A stretch of 64,000 bases of DNA, taken from positions 2,046,001 through 2,110,000 of the forward strand of contig CM074817.1 in the NCBI GenBank assembly GCA_037447605.1, written 5' to 3'. This DNA comes from Zygnema circumcarinatum SAG 698-1b. Its lineage: Eukaryota; Plantae; Zygnematophyceae. A program made the position numbers and the translations under genes. Positions 1 through 11,796 of the stretch are shown here, one piece after another. The notes beneath the pieces were generated by a model. That model was not told where the DNA came from. It saw only the letters and a program-made list of their open reading frames with translations, and ran no database searches. How positions within the stretch are numbered: the stretch's first letter is position 1; every line of letters begins with the position of its first letter.

Positions 1-75
1 TCTAGTGATGTATCGTCTACATGTAGGGCTTTGGAATCTGCTCGTTCAAGTAGGTAGTTTATAAGAAAGTGACAG

Positions 76-2298
76 GTGGCAGCTGTTGGGGGGATGCCGC
101 TATCCACAGGGCGGAACGAGTGACGGAAGTGATGGACCTATGGGGCTCCATGCGGGAAGAAGGCTGTGCCCCAAATCAGGGGACCTACCACCTTCTGCTC
201 TCTACCTTTGTAAAGGCGAAACGATGTGACTTAGCTCTCGAAGTGTACTATGAGCTTCTCACAAACAATTTAACACCTAGCACAGAAATCTTCAAGGGCC
301 TCATTTCCGTTGCCTGCAACTGCAACAGGTGGCCATTAGCGTTAGATTTCTATGGGGAAATGGTGGCGACGGGATTTATGCCCAGGAACGTTCTTGTGTA
401 CAATACATTAATTGCCGCGTTAGGACAGATCGGCAGGTGGGATACAGCTTCTCGGATTTTTGGCCATATGAGAGTAGCAGGAGTGGTAGCAGACCAGTTC
501 ACATGGAGTGGAATGCTTACTGCCTTTGCGAGGGCAGGAGAGTTTAAGAAGGCTATGGAGTTCCATGAAGAGATGATCAAGGGGGGGATGCGACCCAATG
601 TTCAAGTCTGCAATGCTTCTCTGCTCGCGTGTCAAGGGAGAGGAAAGTGGCAGGTGGCGCTGCAGCTGCTGTGGGAGATGGAGAGAGGAGGAGTTCGACC
701 GAATGTTGTGAGCTACAGTACAGTAATCAAAACATGTGAAGTTGCAGGTGGGTTGTTGGAGTTTTGTACTATGCAATCACTGGTGATTCCATGGCACATT
801 TCACTGCTTTAATATAAGGTTGAACTTTTCTCCGTTCCGTCAAAGGTTAACTCAATCTGTCTTCCTCCAGACACTGGAAACAGATCCGCTTACAAGTTTT
901 CCATCATCCTTACACTATGAAATCCATCGTGATCAAGCTGACTCTGATGTTGGAAGCTGGCCAAAAAAACATCCACTTCAGAATCTAACAATCTGAAAAC
1001 CCCGTTTGGAAATGCTTGGCATGCAGGCGTCCCAAAAGTGGCGATGAAGGTCTATGAGCGCATGCAGCGTGTGGGATGTCGCCCAAATGCCTTCACCTTT
1101 GGAGCCCTCATTGCAGCACACGGGCTTTCCAAGGATTGGAGAGCTGCAATAAGCCTCCTGCAGGTGAAATTGTCATCCTTTTTAGGATTTGAAGGTTTTA
1201 GAATTTAGGATTTTCATGTTGTTGGAGAGAGGATGGCATACCTATGACCTCTTACTTTTCAAAGCAAGGCCTTAATGTGTTTTGTATCGTCATGTTCTTT
1301 GCATGAAGTAGGGGGCAAGGGAGGGGCGATGGAGGGGTTATCTGCTAACGATAGCGGGAATGTTGAGAGTCATTGTTCTTGCCAGATTACTGTGTTCTGG
1401 TCGTTCTATCTCTATGTATTAACAGAATCCAATCTCTCCCTCTCCCTCCCATTCTTACACACAGGAAATGCGACTTATAGGACTTCAACCGAATGTATAT
1501 GTTTATAATGCACTATTGAAAATTCTCGGCGAGTGTAATCAGCGTAATAAGGCTGAGGAGACCTACGCCCAAATGGAGCGCTATGGAGTGAAGCCTGATG
1601 AATGTACGGAGGCTCTTGTAAGGCGGTACTCTCTTGGAATGGAGCTTGAAAAAGAGTCCGACGACGAGGAGAGTGGCAGTTGGAGTAGAAGCAGACGAGA
1701 GAGAGGGGGGGAGGGGGAGACAGAGAGATGGCAACAGCTCACAGAGGGAGGGGACTTGAGGCGAGAGGCCGCGTGGGAGGAGGATGTTGGGAGACTCTCA
1801 ACAGACAGTCGTGCAGAGTCGTGGGTGGAAGGTGGGAGCTTTGGAAGGAGAGACGAGGAATGGGGAGAAGGTAGGAGAGAGAAGAGCTTTTCTGAGGCGA
1901 CTGGAGATTGGTGGAGACAGGGAGACGTCGGTGAGAGAGATGGAGGGGGAGAGCGAGATAAAGGAGGAGAGTGGGACAGTAAAGAAGGTGGAAATATGGG
2001 GTTTTCTTCTCAGTATGAAGGGTTGGAGCAGGAGGGAGGACCTCCGGGAGCAAGGAGTGGCATGGCTGTGAGCAGTGAGAGAGGAAGAGTACAACAGAGG
2101 AGTAGGGAGGACAGTAACGGAGGCGGTAGTGGTCAGTCCTTGGAAGGAGGGAAGGGGGGAGCGGTTGTGGGAAGGAGAGGGAACAGAGAGAGGGAGTCGC
2201 GAATAGAGAGAGATTTGGAGCGATGGGTGCAGAGCTCAGGCGAGCGAAGGGACTCGTCAGAAGATGTCAGACGGTATTGGAGTAAGGGTCATGGCTAG
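76..2298 (+). CDS. Pentatricopeptide repeat (P-type PPR) protein, 5'-partial; exons ~76-747, 1027-1163, 1465-2298
   Basis: About 9 tandem ~35-aa PPR motifs (e.g. VYNTLIAALGQIGRWDTASRIFGHMRVAGVVAD, VYNALLKILGECNQRNKAEETYAQMERYGVKPD). GT-AG introns 748-1026 and 1164-1464 keep the frame. Ends in a long G/E/R-rich tail. Confidence 0.9.
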
Positions 2299-3598
2299 GG
2301 TTATTGGTTGAGTTAAGGGTTAGTCTTCAGTGTTGGGTTTCAGGGGTAGGCTTCAGATTATGGTTAAGTGAAGCTTCAGTGTATGAGTTCAGGGATTAGG
2401 TGAGGTATTAAGCTCTTTCATTTTGGAGGACCTTGCCTCGTAATGATTGAAAGCAGGGAAAGCCTCGCTTCCAAGTTGTAACAACCATTCTTTCTTCGAA
2501 AAAAAAGCAGAGAGGGAGGAGGGTCCTCAGACTCCGGAAACCTATGCTTTGGTTTGCAGTGAAAAACTTGTGTACCCTTAAAACCCTCAAACGTTGAGCT
2601 GAACCCTGAACTCCGAAGTGTCCTAAGAATGACGCCTTCACATCAAAGGTTCAACTGTAAAAATGCTCAAAAGATGAGTTCGACCCTGAACACCCCTCTT
2701 CCCTCCCCCGGCCCCTCGAACAATACGAAACATAAACAGAGTGGAAAACAAAAAGGAAATTGAAAGGAGGCACCACAGCGCTTCCTATGAAGTTAGATAA
2801 ATCTCCAATTTCTTGACTGAACTGATCTAAACATGGATATGCAGACACATGCAACCTCGTCAAGTCTAGCCTGAACTTCCTCCCTTAGTTCTTAAACCCT
2901 CCACAGCTTGTCGTAAACAGAACCATAAACGCAGCAGGGTTCAGCTGGGATTGTGTGAATCTTTGGCTCACTACGCTGCCCCTATAAACAGCGGACTGCC
3001 TCAGGTCTATCTCCTAGTAAACAGTAAGAAGTAAAAACTGATTCGCCAAACTAAACATTTCATAGTGTATCAAACAAAAGCTATTGTATTGTGTCCGATG
3101 AACTTAACCATACAATTCCAGATGCTCTCGCTCTCTCTCCCTTTTTCTCTCTCCCTCCCTCTCCCCTCCTGTCCATACGTCTGACGCGGGTACTATGTAT
3201 GGTACATCTACGGTAGCCTACATGCATGGAACCTCATATTAGGAAGCTCATTCTGAAAGCCTCTCTCCCCTTTATTGTTCTCCCGCTGTGCCTGCAATTC
3301 TTCCCTCGTCAAAAGAAAAACTAAATCCAATTCCAAGGCTTTGCATGCAGAAGCGTCCACCTTCTTGAAGAAGTAGGGAATATGGAAACTGAAACTCCCC
3401 AGCGATATGAGAGGGAGAGCTGATTTCAGATGGGAGAGGCAGCTGCTAATGTGATACCTGTCTGCGCCTATTTATAATTTGATTACAGCCCGTTTTCCAC
3501 AACAGTTAAGACGAGCAAACAAGAGATAATCTGAGACCCCTTATTGGCTCAGTGGATCGTTAAACATCCGTAAGACTCCAGCTTTAAAAGCCGTCACG

Positions 3599-5265
3599 TC
3601 ACGTCTCTGTGTCCTCAGATTTCATCGTAAGAGCTCCACTTTCCGCCGCATTCTGTGGAGAAGGCCTGTAAACAGTCCCTCCAGGATTAAGGTTTCAGTC
3701 TATACTGCCTTCTTCTCTTCTCTCTCTTTCTCTCTTCTCTTCTCTCTTCTTCTTCTTCTCTTCTCTTTCTTCTTCTCTCTTCTCTTCTTCTCTTCTCTCT
3801 TCTCTCTTCTCTCTCTCTCTTCTCTTCTCTCTCTTCTTCCGCTCTTCTCTCTCGCTCTTCTTTTCTGGTTTCCCTCATCCTTTCAACCCTCGTAGTCCAC
3901 TCTCTTCCTCTCTCTCCTCGTTTCTCACAAATTTGTCCGCTCTATCCCTCAACGCGATTGAGCAAACCGGGGCTGACCTGCACAAAAGGGTGAGTTCAGG
4001 CTGCGCGAGGAGCAGCTCTGACAGGGGCCTCCTCTTCTCCATCTCCTCCGACCGATGTCTGCACCGACTCCCATAATTAGAGTCAGTGTAGACTGACTTC
4101 CAAGTTGCAGAAATGTAATGCTAAACGGAAAAAGTCGGTGCAAAACGCAAGAGCATTTGACTGCGGTGTAATAGCTAAATCGTCAGAATGAAGGCTTGTT
4201 CAAAGTTTCATCGAGAAACTGAAACTTTGAACAAGTTCCTGTACATGCGAGGCGTGAGGATCAAAAATTTTAAGAAGAAAGTTGCAGCACCATTCTTCCT
4301 CTACACTCGTTCATCGCTATAGGAGGGAGAGAAGGAGAAGGGAGGGGGGAGGGGGGAGGGGGGAGGAACATACCCAATACCCTCATCCACAGAGAGCAAT
4401 TTGTGGCCGATCTGTCCGTTGCCCCCCACATAGCTCACTACCAGCGCCCCCGCATCAGGGTGCGGCCACATGCGGGAGCTCGCAAAGCGGAGGAGAAAGG
4501 ACCCCACGGGAGAGTGGGTGCCCTGCAGTACACACAAGAAGAAGAAGAAGTAGAAGAAACTCTCTTCCATAAGAAGATACGTTGGCTTCTCGGCTCCATT
4601 TAGCAGAGTTTGAGACTCTGAGAGCTCGTGGATTCCATAGGTAAAGGTGAACGAGGTTTGCTACCCATATGACTCTTCATCGAGTGGCGAAAGACCTATT
4701 TCGAAACCCCGATTCTGCTACTGCATGTTGAAGGATTCTGCTAATTCTTTGTCTCTCTGAGCAGAAAGTTCTTCTTTGTCTCGAATTAATTGTGTAATTT
4801 ATTTTCGACTGTCTTCTACAGCTTTTGGACTTTTTTCTACAGCTTTAAATATTTTGTAAGTTGCATCACTTTAGAGATTCTATTCCTCCTAAAGCTTCAA
4901 ATCAATAGGGGGTTTGGGGTGTTGAAAAAGGAACGAGCTCTCACTCCTTGTGACTTGAGCATTGCCTCCGCCTCCTCTCTCGATATCATCCCCTCTATCC
5001 ACTTGGGCTCCTCGCTCTCCCACGCTGCTCTCAACTGCGGAACTGTGAGGGCCACCGCCACAGGGAACACCCACTGCCAGAGACGGTCGAACTGCTCCCG
5101 TGAGAGGGAGCCGCTGCAGCCCGCTATCGCACGGAGGAAGGCTTCATCCTGCAGGGAAATGAGCGTGAGTGGGAGAGGGAGAGGGAGAGGGAGAGGGAGA
5201 GGGAGAGGGAGAGAGGAGTTGGAGAGGGAGAGGGNNNNNNNNNNGGAGAGGGAGAGGGAGAGGGA

Positions 5266-5302
<37 letters not shown>

Positions 5303-5361
5303 AGAGAGAGAAATACAATTAATATGTACAAGTTTGTAAGAGAGAGAGAGAGAGAGGGAGG

Positions 5362-5421
<60 letters not shown>

Positions 5422-7307
5422 TCGAGAAGGTCAAAGAGTCAAAGAGTCCGACGTTTCAGGTTGAATTCAGAACTAATTGATCTTTCCTAGTCAGCAACTC
5501 GGCAGATTCACGTACCCTAGCAGTGAGCTTTCGGCTTTTGCAGCCTGAAATCTCCAAGTATTTCTGCTGCACTAGGGCGAACGTGGCCGGCCAGGGCAGC
5601 TGACACGTGTCACTCTCTCCCCCCTCCCTCTCCCTCTCCCTCTGCAGGTGGTGCCACACTCCATTCCCCTCCCGCAGAAGCCGCTTAGCCATGGCTATCT
5701 GGTAGCTGCACAAAGCAACGCCCTTTAGTCAACCGTTAGAATGGGTACTTACAATTGTGGAGGATATGACTATCAGAGAGAGAGAACTTAGTTCAACAGG
5801 CATTCCCCCCATCTTCCCCAGCAACCCGCGGCAATCCAAAACCCAGATAACCGAAAAACCAGAAAAAATTCAAAAACACCAATTCTTCAATCGAGAAAAG
5901 TGTGAAGGCTCACCCATTGTGTCTGCATCCTGTGCATTGGGCGACCTTTGCTGCAAAGATAGTCATCTGATCATCCCCTTTGTGCCCCACTATCTCTTTC
6001 AGAATCTCCGCTCTCGAACGCATATTCTCCAAGCAGTACTTGAACACCAACTTGTCCGGAATTCCCACCTCTCTACAAGCAGCTTCCGCCATGGATTTCG
6101 CATCCACTGTATTGCTTGCTCCTTTCACCCCTTCCTCCCCCTCTCTCCCTCCCTCTCTCCCTCCGCTTCCCCCTCCTCCCGCCCCTCCAACTCCTCCACC
6201 TCCTCCTCCCACCCCTCCCACCACCCCTCCCACCACCCCTCCCACCACCCCTCCCACTGCTCCACCCATAGCCTCTCCCACCATAGCTCCTCCACCTCTT
6301 GCAGGGAAATACCCCCCTGTGAGAGTAGAAGGATCAAAACCTGCAACAGTGGTTGCAGCTGCATAGTTGTACACCATTGCAGGAAACTCCCCCTGAGTGT
6401 TCCCAAAAAGGGGGGCCATTTGAGGGATTGCAGATCCCAAAGGGGGGGGCATCATGGATGGAGGGAGCATGGGGGGGGGCATTAGGGGAACGCTTATGAT
6501 GGGGGTTAAAGAGGGTCCCATCCCTGGGAGGGGAAGCAATCCCTGAAATTGTTGATTTGAAGGGAAGTTTCCCTCCTCTCTGTTCAATATAGGACCCATC
6601 ATTCCCCCAGCCACCATTTGAGAGTATTGGGAGGACGTTTGTGAGTCTGCAAGGGTTGAATTGTTGTTTCCAGCATCGGCTACTCCCCCAAACAGTGATC
6701 TTTGTGATAGTGCGAGCCCACTAGGGGGGGCAGGGTCAATAGAAGCACAGCTGAGTTCAGCAGCGGAGCAGGGTTCAGGGGACTTAGAGAAAGTAGCTGC
6801 AGGGAGGGTGTCTTCCTCACTTGCTCTCAGCCGCTTGCTGGGGTTTTGCGTGGAGGGAGAGGGAGAGGTGGGAGGGACTGTGGGAGGGAGTGTGGAGGCA
6901 TAGTCACTCCCCCGGCTCTCCCCACCATTTGGTTGATGGGTTTCATAGAACGTGTCCTCACATTTCGGAGAGGTGTTTTCCGAGGGGAAGGCGGAGGTGT
7001 TGCTGCGTTTAAGGGCTGCTGCAGGGGGGCGGTTGCTCCGGTTGCGGGAGACGCAGCGGATGGGGCGGGAGAGAGCGCGGAGGAAGGGGTAGGCGGGAGT
7101 GTTGAGAGGGTCGAAGCAGACTCGGAATAGCCGGTTATCGCATTTTGACGAGAGCTTTAGAACACAATAGAGAACGAGAGAGAGAGACAGAGACAGAGAT
7201 TGAGAGAGAGAGAGAGAGGACGAATGGGAGGGAGAGAGGGAGAGAGAGAGAGGGAGAGATGGAGAGAGAGAGTGGGAGAGAGGGAGAGAGTGAGAGAGAG
7301 AGAAAGC

Positions 7308-7393
<86 letters not shown>

Positions 7394-9665
7394 GAGGGAG
7401 GGAGAGAGAGATGATGATGATGATGTGAGTCAGCAGCATATGCCTGCCACCTTTGATGGTATGGTATGGTATGGTATGGTATGGTATGGTGAGAGCCCAC
7501 CCACCTGCGATATCTTGAGTTTGAACGCCGCCCTCCCGTGCTGCAGCCTCACTGGGCGGTCCGCGGCGGCGAACTCGACCCCGTCGAAGGTCGCGAGGAG
7601 GGGCGCCTCCGCGTCCTCGCGCGCCCTCTGTACGGCCGACCCGTCGTCGGAGTACACAAGGGAGGCGACTACCTGCACAGTACAATACACAACAAAAACA
7701 CTAAACAGCACAATACACTACATTACATTACAGATTACAGTACAAGATTCAAAGGTTAGGACAAGGAGAGAGAAAGAGAGGGAGAGGGAGAGGGAGAGGG
7801 AGAGGGAGAGAGGGGGGGGGGAAAGGGAATCGAACAGAGGAATTGAGTAGAAGATACAGCAGCATCTGTCTGGCTGAAGGAAGGTTTTGATCACAGGGAG
7901 GTGTCTGCATAGTTTGATGTGCAGGTCATGGAGAGGATCAAACGACACTGCCCGCACGGAAGTCTGTGAAGTGACATTACTTCCATACGAAACTGGGTTT
8001 CAGTGGTCAAGTAGGGGTTGTGTGTGAGAGAGAGAGAGAGAGTGTGAGCGAGAGAGAGAGAGAGAAGGAAAGGCAGTACCCACCTCCATGTCGCGATGAA
8101 CAGAGCGTCCGAGGGCGTCTAGGAGGGCTATGTCAAGACCGAAGTTTCTGCGACATGATGCCTGCCGCCCCACATCACCATTCACAGCTGCACATGAGCC
8201 TTTACATCACATGGCCGTACAGGTCATGAACAACATAGAACAGATGAATCAGTTACTCCCTGCCATTGGCCTGGTTAAGCCTTTCATGGATGCCAAAATC
8301 TCTCCTTCCCCCACACACCACTTCAACCCTTGCAACCCTTCTCTCAAACCCACCTTCCCTCCCACAACGCTCCATATACCGTCCCCTCCCTCCTCCAACA
8401 CATTGTCTTCTGTAGCTCCACTTGCTCCATCCAAAGTGAGCTCAAGAGGGGGATTCTGAACCCACAGAACATAGATTCATGATTGATTCATGATTGCAGA
8501 ACATGATTCATGCTTCACTCTCAACACCTACCTTTCAGCATCTACACACTGACCCTCACAACACCTACAAACGACGTTTTCGACCCGTACAACTTCAGAT
8601 AGTCTTCAGAGTGAAGTCAGACCAGCAACAAGGGGCCATTACCATTACCTTGACATAGTGGTTTGTGACATTGGGGCGGAGCAGCAACCTCACATAGTGA
8701 GCGTATGCCTGCACTCCCCCCCCCGTACTGCTTCCATCCCCCCCCGAGAGAAGCACAGGGCCAACATCTCCTCCTGCTCCTCCTGTCTGAGGGGAGAACG
8801 TGACTTGCCGTTGCCCCACTACCACACCATCCAAATGGATTCTGGCAACGTCCGGACCCACCTGATGAAGAAGAAGGAGAGAGAGAAAGGAGAGATGGGG
8901 GATGAGAGGAGAAAGGAAAAAGTGAAGGACGTGAAGAGAAGGAAGGAGAGAGAGAGAGAACGGGAGAGGAGAGAGGGTTGGAGATGAGATCAGTAGAAGC
9001 GGACGAAAGAGACAGGAGCCAAAAAAGCAAGCCATCGCTCCCGCATGCAGCAGCATGGACAGAAATGGGTTAAATTGATTAGCAAGCGTACAACCTTGTC
9101 AATTCCCTGACCACCTGGAGACTGCCAACCGAAAAAAACAAGTCTTACTCTTACTACTTATGGTCAACGTTTAGAGCTTAGAGTTCAGAGAATTCCCACG
9201 GATAGTGTACCTCACAACCAATGTGCACCCACTTCTCAATAGGGCAGGGCTGCTCAGAAACCACGAGCGCCTGTACGGCTGCGGCGGAGGCGAGGTCCTC
9301 GGCGAGGGGGGGAGGGAGAGGGTGCAGAGTTAGCCGCCGCTCCGGGTCAAGGGCCAAAAAGGGCAGCGCTGCATGCGCGCGGGGGCGGCCCTGCAGAGAG
9401 GGAGAGAGGGAGGGAGGGAGGGAGTGTTGGTTTTCTTTCAAAAAGAAAAGCACAAAAAAGTGAACAAATGTGCATATATTCCCACCTGGCGGATGACGAC
9501 GCCCGGGGCGGTGTTGCGCAGGAGGTATATCCAGAAGCAGAGAGTGAAGGTCCCCTCGTCGTGCGTGGACCCCCTCGTGAGGGCCACCGAGAGCCGCTCC
9601 AAAGGGAGGTAGTCCTCGTCGCCGAATATGGCGCCCAGCTTCGAGCTCACACGTGCCAACGCCAT
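3599..9665 (-). CDS. Plant STAT-like SH2-domain protein (SHA/SHB type), ~12 exons: 9665-9486, 9390-9211, 8861-8649, 8455-8354, 8161-8084, 7672-7505, 7154-5914, 5705-5516, 5148-4945, 4522-4374, 4058-3978, probably 3665-3599
   Basis: Spliced frame gives an N-terminal lectin/LamG-like region (TFTLCFWIYL, KWVHIGCE), ASCRRNFGLDIALLD, RAAFKLKISQ|LSSKCDNRLFRV...RPIRCVSRNR, linker FDRLWQWVFPVAV...PKWIEGMISREEAE, and SH2 core GSFLLRFASSRMWPHPDAG. All junctions are GT-AG and phase-consistent; the last exon is uncertain. Confidence 0.88.
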
Positions 9666-10876
9666 GGCGGTGGCGGTGGCTGCTGCTGCTGCTCTCTCGC
9701 TTTCAATGGTCAATGCTGCAAGCTCGGGCTTCTTCTTCAAGATTGGTGGTGACCACGGGAGAGAGTGAAAAAGAGAGAGAGAGAGAGAGGGAGAAAGAGA
9801 GAGAGAGCGGTGCGTGTGAACGGTTCCTATGGGCACGGAGACGAACGGGGAAAACCTAAAAATGGGGTATCGTTTCTGAAGGTGTGGAGGGATAACCTAG
9901 CCATTCTCGTCTCCGGTCTCTGGCAGCTCAAAATGTCCTCCGATACATAGCCCTAAGAACAATTCATCCCACCACCGCTTCGTGCATCACTCCGTCCCTC
10001 GCCTACATCACCCCCGCACACTACACAACTGTACCATTACTCCTGTAAACCCCTCCTCCCTGAACCGCCATGGCCCCTCTCCCACATCCCCTCCCCTCCC
10101 CACCCTCTCCCTCCCTCCCTCCCTTCCTCCCTCCCTCTCCCTCCCTCTCCCCACTCCTTCCCTCTTCCCCCCCTCCCTCCCTCCCTCCCTCCTCCCGCCC
10201 GCCATGGCCGGCTTTGAGTCGGAGCTCCTGCAACCTCTCTCTGGCAGTTGACTTGTGCCGTACGGACGGTCAAGGACGTCAAGCCGACAAGCAGCGCCAC
10301 CGTACGGACGGGTCTCTTTTGTCGGTGGGGCCGCATGCCGCTCAGAAGGCGATAAAGGACGCAGGTTGCAGGACCGGGCAGGGAGGAATGGTTTGTTCGC
10401 ACGTGTTGGGCACGACAAAAGGATCTGAACAGCCAATGGGGGAGGGCCTGGTCCACGTTGAACGGCAAGGTCCGGCACGCTTGTCGTTTTCGGGTATAAA
10501 TCAGCCAACGGGGTTTTGAAACGTGGAGATATTTGGACGGAAGTGTGACAAAGTGACGAGAGTCTGATCTTCCTGCAGTCAATTGAGTTGTACGAAACGG
10601 TCAAAGCCGGAAAACAGTGGACGTGCCAGGTGGACCGTACTTTGTCTGCTGTGCCGTACTTTTTTGTCGGCTGGAACTTGGTACCGTACGATATGTCCGT
10701 ATGGTTATGTACGAACAGATGATTGTGGCAAGATAACGTACGGGATGGCATGTCAGATTCTGTCTTTGTTTTTTGTTTAAACCAAAATGAGTACTCTTAA
10801 GCAAAAGAGCGACGTGCTCGCGAAAGAGCACTCATTCTCGTAAAACAGCAGATGCAAATCCTTGGGGAACGAGGGC

Positions 10877-11152
10877 TTTAGGGTTTGAGGGTTTCCAAAT
10901 ATTTAGGGTTGTCAAGGTTTTAGGGTTTCCAGGGTTTTAGGATTTTCAGGGTTTTAGAGTTTTAGGGTTTCCAGGGTTTTAGGATTTTCAGGGTTTTAGA
11001 GTTTCAGGATTTTCAGGGTTTAAGGATTTTTAGGGTTTTCAGGGTTTCAGGGTTTTAGGGGTTTTAGGGTTTTAGGGTTTTCAGGATTTCAGGGTTTTAG
11101 GGTTCCCAGGGTTTTAGGGTTTCCAGGGTTTTAGGGTTTGAGGGTTTTTAGG
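10877..11152 (+). repeat. Degenerate interstitial telomere-like array (TTTAGGG/TTTTAGGG/TTTCAGGG/TTTCCAGGG variants)
   Basis: About 30 consecutive T(3-4)-(A/C)-A-GGG/GGA units on the + strand. Confidence 0.8.
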
Positions 11153-11313
11153 CATCATCTTCCTCCTTCAGTTCTTTCTTTTTTGCTGCTTTCGTCAGCA
11201 GCACATTTGCGAGAGGTTCGCATGAGCTCTCCCTCATCCATCGACGCCAATCGATCGATGGAGACCGACCGACCCCTTCGTGCCGATTCATTCCTTCCCA
11301 CATCGAGCGAAGG

Positions 11314-11419
<106 letters not shown>

Positions 11420-11796
11420 CCATGCAGCCGACCAACTGCACATTCACCTTCTCCATGTATATCGCAGCGTATCGAGATATGTCACAGGACTCCTTCCCAC
11501 ATCCCGGTTCAAGGTTGGCCATTTTACTCTTATTCCAATTAAATGGAACCAATACAGTGCTCACGCAATAGCGCACTCGCGTTATTCGCGCTACACATAC
11601 CAATTCCAAAATGATTCAGACTTACTTATTTCATTCCTTCCCGCTCCATTCAGAAACGACTGCCACCTCCAAACCTTCACCCGTACCCTCACCTTCTTCC
11701 CCTTCTCCCCCTTCACCATCCAAAAGCACGACCCCATCCATCCATCCCTCCCTTCACATAAACCCTAACCCTAACCCTAACTGATCCCCCCATCTA

